Source: Azolla caroliniana (Eukaryota > Plantae > Polypodiophyta). Taken from it: 64,000 bases of DNA. This document shows, in pieces, positions 1-8,259 of this stretch. The stretch's first letter is position 1. Each line of letters begins with the position of its first letter. The notes beneath the pieces are model-generated. The model had not been told where the DNA came from. It did no database searches and saw only the letters and a program-made list of their open reading frames with translations. The translations under genes and the position numbers were made by a program. Location of the stretch: contig JBHGNT010000001.1 in the NCBI GenBank assembly GCA_043228905.1, forward strand, positions 34,534,001 through 34,598,000, given 5' to 3'.

Positions 1-969
1 CGAACTGTGTACTCTGTGTTTACACACGCTTCCGCACAATGTATTCTTTTACATAAATCAATGGGATTTTGGGTTGGGGAAGGTCTTACTCCTACTTGGT
101 GTCCAAACAGTGGATTCCGTTGGATACCAAAGGGCTCTCTTGTGAGATATTTAGGATGCCAAGTGGGAATTAATCTTCCTCCAAAAGCTCATATACAACC
201 ATTACTGCTTTCTTTGAGGAAAAAATTGATTTTTTGGAGTTCTAAGAATTTGTCACTTGCTAGGAGGCTAGTTATTTCTAATCAAGTATTACTCTCCTCA
301 ATGTGCTATATTCTATCCTCTTGGTTATTCTTCATATCATTGTTGTCAAAGTTACAGAGATTTATTAGGAATTTTTTATGGGGATCTACTGATTTTAATT
401 ATGTTAGACCAAAGGTAGCTTGGAAAACTATTATAGCACTAACTTCTCAAGGGGGTTTAGGTTTGGTAGATCCCTGATGCAATCTAAGGCATTATTGGCA
501 AAATTTATTGTACGAGGATTACTGCCAGGAAATGAGCCGTGGAAGATGCTTCTTCAATTGAGAATGAAAGAGGTCTTCCTGAAAACTGGAGGTGAATGGA
601 CAAGGTCTCTCCGATGGTGGTTTATTCCTAACTTTCATTCGCATAAGATAGTGTTTCAAAATGATAGATTCTTCGCTACGATAAAGCGAGCCTAGTGGTC
701 CATAAAGGATAACTTGCAACAAGTTCGACCCAAGTCGGTGGATGAATGGTTACATCAGCCATTGGTTTGGAATCCTTTACTTCTAGACGTTGAAGGGTCT
801 ATGTTGGGGAGGAGAGTCAGATTAAATTATGCTCAAGTGGACTGAGTCTCATCTTTTGCCTCATCCCTTAGTAATTGGCAATAGTTTGTTCACAACCCTA
901 CTCATATTATTCAACAAGAATGTAGAGGAATAAGAGGAGGAAAGGTGATAGTTGATGAGTTAAGGAAGT
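1..969 (+). mobile_element. L1-clade LINE, ORF2 fragment (RT C-terminal part), degenerate; extends off the left edge
   Basis: Fragments read YLG..., SSKNLSLARRLVISNQVLLS, FIRNFLWG, VAWKTI...GGLGL, typical of plant L1 ORF2 after the RT core; has stops and frameshifts. The frame DELRK|LQLPLQ resumes at 11838 once the Copia and one GAAGT copy are removed. Confidence 0.9.
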
Positions 970-1584
970 TGTAAGGAATAGACCCTTCTATTCACCTTCA
1001 CCGTTCGGCCACAACCGAGTAAGCGCGAATCGATGGAGCAGAAAATAGGAACCACAAAGAGAAACAAAACGCGAGTACACAGAGAGTAACGTGGAAAACC
1101 CTAGACGGGAAAAACCACGGGAGTACAAGGCTCCAAACCAACACTATACAGAGAAGTATACAATGGCGAGCTGCAAGGCGACGACCTTGAGCTCGCTGTC
1201 CTCGCCACAGGCGGCGGAAATACACAGAGGCGTCTACCTCTTCCTCTCTCTCACGCGCTATCTCTCTCTCTCTCTCTCACGGCTGCTTACACTTCACTCC
1301 TCTTGCGTGGAAAAACAGAAAAATGAGAAGCAACAGTAAAACTGTTTGCCCTAAGTCATATTTATACTTATATGACTTTGGGCTATTTACAACTATAGCC
1401 TCAGGGGCCCATAGCGAACATATTCACGGATATGTCCCTGCATCCGGATCGCTCTCCGGGTACATTCGTCATCCGGCACCGAAGCCGGGGTCTTCGTCAT
1501 CCGGTTCCAAAACCGAAACCGGGCTTGTCGGCATTCATCTCCGATATCCGACCATCCCATCCGAAAGGGACCGAAATCCCAACA
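970..1584 (-). repeat. 3' LTR of outer Copia (615 bp)
   Basis: TGTAAGG...CCCAACA; matches 11218-11832 with 3 visible transitions. Confidence 0.96.
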
Positions 1585-1598
1585 AACTCCCCCTTCAC
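1585..1598 (-). promoter_or_regulatory. Polypurine tract of outer Copia
   Basis: Minus strand GTGAAGGGGGAGTT directly abutting the 3' LTR and overlapping the pol stop codon. Confidence 0.9.
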
Positions 1599-2745
1599 TT
1601 CGGCATGGGATGTCTCTCCAATCCGATCCTCTTCCGGCATGCTTCCAGCTTGTCGGGTGTGAGCACCTTGGTCAGCATATCCGACCCGTTCTCGTCCGTG
1701 TGGACCTTCGTCAGCACGAACTCCTTGTCTTCTATCCTTTCCCGGATCCAGTGATATCTTCGCTGGATGTGCTTCGTCCGGGAGTGATAGGCCGCGTTCT
1801 TCGCAAGGTGGATTGCACTCTGACTGTCGCAGTAGAGTCGGTACTCCTCCTGTTGGATACCGAGCTCTCTAATGAAGTCCTTCATCCATATTATTTCCTT
1901 GCCGGCTTCAACAGCCGCCATGTACTCCGCCTCCGTGGTTGACAACGCAACCGTCTTCTGCAGCCTCGACTGCCATGAAACAGCTCCCCCTGCATACGTC
2001 ATCACATACCCTGATGTGGACCGGCTGGTATCTGCATCAGCCGACATATCCGAATCGGTGAAACCGTCGAGTTCGGGTTTACCGGAGCCGAATCGGAGGC
2101 ACACATTCGCTGTGCCCTTCAGGTATCGAAGTATCCACTTGACCGCGTTCCAATGCTCTTTGCCGGGATTGCTCATGTACCGGCTCACCACTCCGACTGC
2201 ATATCCTATGTCCGGTCTCGTACACACCATGGCGTACATCAAGCTCCCGACGGCTGAGGCATACGGCACTTTCATCATATCCTCCTTTTCAGCCTTTGTC
2301 TTGGGACTTTGCTTGCTGGACAGCTTGCAGTTTGCCGGGAGGGTCGATCCGACCGGTCTTGCTTCCGACATATTGAACCGGTGAAGCACCTTCGTCACGT
2401 ACTTCTCCTGTGACAGCCACAACTGCTTCTTCTTCCGGTCCCGGATGATGTGCATCCCTAGTATTTGCCTCGCCGGACCCAGGTCCTTCATTGAGAAAGT
2501 TCGGTGAAGTGCCTTCTTCAGCATCCGTATCTTGACCTGGTTCCGTCCGACGATCAACATGTCGTCCACGTACAGGAGGAGTATTAGAAAGTCTCCTCCT
2601 TCGAATTTCTTCACAAACACGCAGTGGTCGGACTGCGTTTTGAGGTACCCTTCGTCGGTCATGAAGGAGTCGAACTTCCGGTACCATTGCCGGGGAGCCT
2701 GCTTCAGTCCATAAAGGCTCTTCTTCAGCCGGCATACCAGGTGCT
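1595..2745 (-). pseudogene. Outer Copia pol, 3' part (RT C-half + RNase H), cut off by the nested insertion
   Basis: HLVCRLKKSLYGLKQAPRQW, LLLYVDDML, TRPDI, FTDSD, STTEAEY, KHIQRRYH; joins in frame to 8260-11187 at KGKEH|LVCRL. Confidence 0.93.
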
Positions 2746-3463
2746 TGTTGAAAACAGTGCTCGGCCACAACCGAGGAATGGGATTAACTCACAGAAAACA
2801 GGAAATACAAAATGCACAAAACAATAGAGAGAAAGGTACACTGGATGTTTTACGTGGAAAACCCTAACTGGGAAAAACCACGGGAGTCCTCAAACTCCAA
2901 CTATCACTATGAACAGAGATGTACAATGGTGAAGCTTCAAGGCAACAACCTTGAACTCACTGTCTTCGCCACAGGCGGCGGTAATACACAGAGGCAACGA
3001 CCTCTTCGTCTCTCTCTCTCTCTCTCGGCTGCTCTCTTCACTCTCTCTAAGTGAAAAACAGAAAAATGAGCAACAACATCGTTAAACTGTTTGCCCTAAG
3101 TCATATTTATACACATATGACTTTCGGGCTATTTACAAATAAAGCCTCAAGGGCTCTTGGAAAACATATTCACAAATATGTCCCCGCATCCGGATCTCGC
3201 TCCGGGTACATTCATCATCCGGCTCCGTAACCGGGGTTCTTCAGCATCCGGCTCCGTAGCCGGGGTCTTCATCATCCGGATCCGTATCCGGGTACTCTTC
3301 ATCCGGCTTCATGCCGGGCACTCTTCATCATCCGGTTCCGTAACCGGGTACTCGTCATCCGGCTTCATGCCGGGTACTCTTCATCATCCGGTTCCGTAAC
3401 CGCAACCGGGCTTGCCGTCATTCATCTCCGGACATCCCATCCGGAGGGACCGTAATCCCAACA
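2746..3463 (-). repeat. 3' LTR of inner Copia (718 bp)
   Basis: Identical by eye to 7568-8259 except for one extra 26-bp unit at 3301-3326. Confidence 0.96.
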
Positions 3464-3477
3464 AACTCCCCCTTCAC
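3464..3477 (-). promoter_or_regulatory. Polypurine tract of inner Copia
   Basis: Minus strand GTGAAGGGGGAGTT abutting the LTR. Confidence 0.9.
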
Positions 3478-6400
3478 TTCGGCATGGGATGTCCCTCCAA
3501 TCCGATCCTCTTCCGGCATGCTTCCAGCTTGTCGGGTGTGAGTACCTTGGTCAGCATATCCGACCCGTTCTCGTCCGTGTGGACCTTCGTCAGCACGAAC
3601 TCCTTGTCTTCTATCCTTTCCCGGATCCAGTGGTATCTACGCTGGATGTGCTTCGTCCGGGAGTGATAGGCCGCGTTCTTCGCAAGGTGGATGGCACTCT
3701 GACTGTCGCAGTAGAGTCGGTACTCCTCCTGCCGGATACCGAGCTCTCTAATGAAGTCCTTCATCCATATTATTTCCTTGCCGGCTTCAACAGCCGCCAT
3801 GTACTCCGCCTCCGTGGTTGACAACGCAACCGTCTTCTGTAGCCTCGACTGCCACGAAACGGCTCCCCCTGCATAGGTCATCACATACCCTGATGTGGAC
3901 CGGCTGGTATCTGCATCAGCCGACATATCCGAATCGGTGAAGCCGTCGAGTTCGGGCTTACCGGAGCCGAATCGGAGGCACACGTTTGCCATGCCCTTCA
4001 GGTATCGGAGTATCCACTTGACCGCGTTCCAGTGCTCTTTGCCGGGATTGCTCATGTACCGGCTCACCACTCCGACTGCATATCCGATGTCCGGTCTCGT
4101 ACACACCATGGCGTACATCAAGCTCCCGACGGCTGAGGCATACGGCACTTTCATCATATCCTCCTTTTCAGCCTTTGTCTTGGGACTTTGCTTGCTGGAC
4201 AACTTGCAGTTTGTCGGGAGGGTCGATCCGACCGGTCTTGATTCCGACATGTTGAACCGTTTAAGCACCTTTGTCACGTACTTCTCCTGTGACAGCCACA
4301 ACTGCTTCTTCTTCCGGTCCCGGATGATGTGCATCCCTAATATTTGCCTTGCCGGACCCAGGTCCTTCATTGAGAAGGTTCGGTGAAGTGCTTTCTTCAG
4401 CATCCGTATCTTGCCCTGGTCCCGTCCGACGATCAACATGTCGTCCACGTACAGGAGGAGTATTAGAGAGTCTCCTCCTTCGAACTTCTTCACAAACACG
4501 CAGTGATCGGACTGTGTTTTGTTGTACCCTTCGTCGGTCATGAAGGAGTCGAACTTCCGGTACCATTGCCGGGGAGCCTGCTTCAGTTCGTAAAGGCTCT
4601 TCTTCAACCGGCATACCAGGTGCTCCTTCCCTTTCTTCTCGAATCCTTCCGGTTGCTGCATGTAGATCTCTTCTTCGAGGTCACCGTGAAGGAATGCCGT
4701 CTTCACGTCCATCTGTTCTACCTCGAGGTCCATGTTTGCCGCTATGCTCAGCACCGTCCGGATGGAGGTCATCTTCACTACCGGGGCAAATATCTCGTCG
4801 AAGTCGACGCCCTTCTTCTGCTGGAACCTCTTCACCACGATCCTGGCTTTGTATCTCGGGGGGTTGCCGGCATCTCCCGGTTTCAGCTTGAACACCCACT
4901 TGTTACGGAGTGCCCGTTTTCCTTTCGGCAACTCCACAAGTTCATATGTGTGGTTCTCATGCAGGGAATCCATCTCGTCCTGCATGGCACTTAACCACCT
5001 GCGGCTCTGGGTGTCATGCTTTGCTTCTTCAAAGCTCTCCGGCTCCCCCTCGTCGGTTAGCAGCACGTGCTCTGGTTCCGGAAATCTCCGGGGGGCCCTT
5101 CTCTCTCTTAGAGGATATCTCCGTTCCGGAGCTTCGGTAACTGGCTCATCCGTTTCCTCTTCATCCGAATCCATTTCGGGATCGGGGCCGGTTCCGGTAT
5201 CAGTTTCATCTTCCTCAGCCGGTTCTGATTCTTCACCGTCTTCGGCCGGATCCTCGAGTGCTAACCGGTCCCTTGCCGGTCGGGACTGCTCTTCGTAGAG
5301 TTGATTCTCACCGGTCGACTTGGAGCTCTTCATCTTCTTCTCCGACTCCCAGTCGGCGAGTGTCTTGTCCTCCATGAAGATGATATCTCGACTCCTGAAT
5401 ATCTTCTTGTCGACCGGGTCCCATACTCGGTAGCCGAACTCGTCGTCGCCGTAACCGAGGAATATGCATGGCCGGGTCTTTGGATCTAACTTTCCTCTCC
5501 GGTCCTTTGCCACATGCACGTATGCGAGACACCCGAACACCTTCAGATGCCGGTAGGACACTTCCTTACCGGTCCACACTTTCTGCGGCGTGTCTCCATC
5601 CAGGGGTACTGAGGGTGATCTATTTATCACATACGTCGCCGTCGACATTGCCTCAGCCCAAAATCCCTTGGGTAATTTCGCATGCGCCAGCATACTCCGG
5701 ACCCTCTCCATTATGGTCCGGTTCATCCTCTCGGCCAGCCCGTTCAGTTCCGGCGTCTTCGGCACAGTAAACTCGAGCCGGATTCCTTTCGAGCGACAGT
5801 ACTCCTGGAACTGCCCCCGGTATTCCCCTCCGTTATCCGCTCGTATCGCTTTCAGCTTCTTGCCGGATTCTCTTTCCACTCTCGCGTGGAGTTCTTTGAA
5901 GACGGACAACACTTGGTCCTTTGTCTTCAACGGTGCCGTCCACAGCTTCCGGCTGTGATCATCAATGAATGTCACGAAGTACTGGGCTCCGCCATGTGAC
6001 TTCGTTTCTACCTGACACACATCAGTGTGCACCAGCTCCAATGGTGCGCTACGTCTCGTCGGTGGCCTTGAGTGGAAGGAGGTCCGGTTTTGCTTACCGG
6101 CCAGGCAGTCGGTGCACTTCTCCAGGTGCACATGCTTCACTGGAATAAGGTTGTCTTCTGCAAGCCTCTTCATCCCCTTCTCACTCATGTGGCACAGTCT
6201 TTTGTGCCACAGCTCACCGGCAGTGTCGGCTGCCACGTTCAGCTCTTCCGGACATAATCGGGCATTCATCAGGTACAGCGTGTTGACCTTCCGGGCCCGA
6301 GCCACTATCAGGCTCCCTTTGCTGAACTTCATGACACCGTTCCGGATGCTACCCGTGTAGCCTTCATCGTCTAGCCTCCCGGCCGAAATCAGGTTCAATC

Positions 6401-7547
6401 GAACCTCCGAAACGTGTCGAACATCCTTCAGCAGCATCTTGCATCCGGTTGATGTCATCAGCCACACGTCTCCTATGCCGGCAATCCGGCATGTACCTTC
6501 ATTTCCCATCCGGACAAAGCCGTGCTCACCGGCTGTGTAGGATGAGAAGTATCTTTTCTCCGGGGTCAGGTGGAACGATGCTCCGGAATCGACCACCCAG
6601 GTCGTCTCATCGCCGGCAACGTTTAGTTCACCTACTTCGGTGATGAGCATGATTTCTTCCTCACTTGCCGCGAGTGCCGTCGTTCCTTTCCGGTCCTGCC
6701 CTCGCCGATCAGGACCTCTCCGGTCCGTGGCTCCCCGGTATGCACCGTTTCTCTCCGGTGACTTCTTCGAATCGGTGTCGTCGGCTCCGTTGTCCTTTCG
6801 ATAATGCCGACAATTCTTCCGGAAGTGCCCCGGCTTCCCACAGTGGAAGCATGTGGGTCTTCCTCTTGACTGCGACCGGGTCCCCGACTTCTCCCGTCTT
6901 TGCGGACTCCGGTTCCAATGTCTTCCCCGTTCCGATTCGGTAAGCAGCGCCTTCGAGTCGGAGACCGGTTCTTTATCTCTCCGACGCGCTTCTTCGTTCA
7001 AAATACTTGTCTTTACCGTCTGTAAGGACAAGTTATCTTCGGTGCAGGAGGTGCTGAGAGTCACCACCAAGTTCTCCCAGCTTTCCGGCAATGTACACAT
7101 CAGAATGATGGCTTGCATTGCATCCTCCAACGGGAACTTGATCGCCGCAAGCTGGTTCACGAATCCCATGAACGTGCTCACGTGTTCCACCATATTCTCG
7201 CCGTCCCGGTACTTGAGGTTCACTATCTTCCTCATCAGGGAGGTCCGGTTCAACGCATTCTTCCTCTCATAGAGGCCCGACAGCTTCTTCCACATCTCAT
7301 AGGCGTTCGTATCGTTCGCCACATGTTGCAGGACACTTACATCGACATATTGCCGGATCGTCGCTACGGCTTTCCGGTTCAGGAGCTTCCACTCCGACTC
7401 TATTACCCCCTTGGGTATCTCGGCATTGTCGATCGGTTCGTACAGGTCTCGGACGATGAGAAGGTCTTCCATCTTTATCTTCCAGTCGGCGTAGTTCTGT
7501 GAGTTCAACACCATCATGCCCGGAGGCCCACTACCGCCGCCTTCCAT
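3474..7547 (-). CDS. Copia Gag-Pol polyprotein (Gag with CCHC knuckle, protease, integrase, RT, RNase H), 1357 aa
   Basis: ATG at 7547 (MEGGGSG) 5 nt after the PBS; CFHCGKPGHFRKNC, WVVDSGAS, WHKRLCH..CTDC, VHTDVC..DNGGEY..GLAERMNRT, GKLDPKT, MDVKTAFLHG, YVDD, RNase H motifs. No stop or frameshift. Confidence 0.96.
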   Translation of the reverse strand: MEGGGSGPPGMMVLNSQNYADWKIKMEDLLIVRDLYEPIDNAEIPKGVIESEWKLLNRKAVATIRQYVDVSVLQHVANDTNAYEMWKKLSGLYERKNALNRTSLMRKIVNLKYRDGENMVEHVSTFMGFVNQLAAIKFPLEDAMQAIILMCTLPESWENLVVTLSTSCTEDNLSLQTVKTSILNEEARRRDKEPVSDSKALLTESERGRHWNRSPQRREKSGTRSQSRGRPTCFHCGKPGHFRKNCRHYRKDNGADDTDSKKSPERNGAYRGATDRRGPDRRGQDRKGTTALAASEEEIMLITEVGELNVAGDETTWVVDSGASFHLTPEKRYFSSYTAGEHGFVRMGNEGTCRIAGIGDVWLMTSTGCKMLLKDVRHVSEVRLNLISAGRLDDEGYTGSIRNGVMKFSKGSLIVARARKVNTLYLMNARLCPEELNVAADTAGELWHKRLCHMSEKGMKRLAEDNLIPVKHVHLEKCTDCLAGKQNRTSFHSRPPTRRSAPLELVHTDVCQVETKSHGGAQYFVTFIDDHSRKLWTAPLKTKDQVLSVFKELHARVERESGKKLKAIRADNGGEYRGQFQEYCRSKGIRLEFTVPKTPELNGLAERMNRTIMERVRSMLAHAKLPKGFWAEAMSTATYVINRSPSVPLDGDTPQKVWTGKEVSYRHLKVFGCLAYVHVAKDRRGKLDPKTRPCIFLGYGDDEFGYRVWDPVDKKIFRSRDIIFMEDKTLADWESEKKMKSSKSTGENQLYEEQSRPARDRLALEDPAEDGEESEPAEEDETDTGTGPDPEMDSDEEETDEPVTEAPERRYPLRERRAPRRFPEPEHVLLTDEGEPESFEEAKHDTQSRRWLSAMQDEMDSLHENHTYELVELPKGKRALRNKWVFKLKPGDAGNPPRYKARIVVKRFQQKKGVDFDEIFAPVVKMTSIRTVLSIAANMDLEVEQMDVKTAFLHGDLEEEIYMQQPEGFEKKGKEHLVCRLKKSLYELKQAPRQWYRKFDSFMTDEGYNKTQSDHCVFVKKFEGGDSLILLLYVDDMLIVGRDQGKIRMLKKALHRTFSMKDLGPARQILGMHIIRDRKKKQLWLSQEKYVTKVLKRFNMSESRPVGSTLPTNCKLSSKQSPKTKAEKEDMMKVPYASAVGSLMYAMVCTRPDIGYAVGVVSRYMSNPGKEHWNAVKWILRYLKGMANVCLRFGSGKPELDGFTDSDMSADADTSRSTSGYVMTYAGGAVSWQSRLQKTVALSTTEAEYMAAVEAGKEIIWMKDFIRELGIRQEEYRLYCDSQSAIHLAKNAAYHSRTKHIQRRYHWIRERIEDKEFVLTKVHTDENGSDMLTKVLTPDKLEACRKRIGLEGHPMPK

Positions 7548-7552
7548 TTTCT

Positions 7553-7564
7553 GCTCTGATACCA
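7553..7564 (-). promoter_or_regulatory. Primer binding site (tRNA-iMet) of inner Copia
   Basis: Minus strand TGGTATCAGAGC, 3 nt inside the 5' LTR. Confidence 0.95.
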
Positions 7565-7567
7565 GTT

Positions 7568-8259
7568 TGTTGAAAACAGTGCTCGGCCACAACCGAGGAA
7601 TGGGATTAACTCACAGAAAACAGGAAATACAAAATGCACAAAACAATAGAGAGAAAGGTACACTGGATGTTTTACGTGGAAAACCCTAACTGGGAAAAAC
7701 CACGGGAGTCCTCAAACTCCAACTATCACTATGAACAGAGATGTACAATGGTGAAGCTTCAAGGCAACAACCTTGAACTCACTGTCTTCGCCACAGGCGG
7801 CGGTAATACACAGAGGCAACGACCTCTTCGTCTCTCTCTCTCTCTCTCGGCTGCTCTCTTCACTCTCTCTAAGTGAAAAACAGAAAAATGAGCAACAACA
7901 TCGTTAAACTGTTTGCCCTAAGTCATATTTATACACATATGACTTTCGGGCTATTTACAAATAAAGCCTCAAGGGCTCTTGGAAAACATATTCACAAATA
8001 TGTCCCCGCATCCGGATCTCGCTCCGGGTACATTCATCATCCGGCTCCGTAACCGGGGTTCTTCAGCATCCGGCTCCGTAGCCGGGGTCTTCATCATCCG
8101 GATCCGTATCCGGGTACTCTTCATCATCCGGTTCCGTAACCGGGTACTCGTCATCCGGCTTCATGCCGGGTACTCTTCATCATCCGGTTCCGTAACCGCA
8201 ACCGGGCTTGCCGTCATTCATCTCCGGACATCCCATCCGGAGGGACCGTAATCCCAACA
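7568..8259 (-). repeat. 5' LTR of inner Copia (692 bp)
   Basis: TGTTG...CAACA; copy of 2746-3463 lacking one 26-bp unit. Confidence 0.96.

Larger units (their letters stand above)
2746..8259 (-). mobile_element. Ty1/Copia LTR retrotransposon (inner, younger, full length)
   Basis: LTRs at 2746-3463 (718 bp) and 7568-8259 (692 bp), TGTTG...CAACA; TSD GTGCT at 2741-2745 and 8260-8264; PBS, PPT and an uninterrupted polyprotein ORF. Confidence 0.98.

Noticed and set aside
2757-2761. GTGCT inside the inner LTR end equals the TSD, suggesting homology-guided targeting
   Set aside because: A 5-6 bp match is expected by chance; the normal TG..CA ends and 5-bp TSD indicate ordinary integrase action.
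3186-3447. CRISPR-like appearance of the LTR repeat array
   Set aside because: No unique spacers, no cas genes, eukaryotic LTR context.
7548-7592. ORF-track N-terminal extension MWPSTVFNKLVSEQK (and the GTG start at 2770)
   Set aside because: GTG start inside the LTR running through the PBS; the outer copy shows the true start is MEGGGSG.
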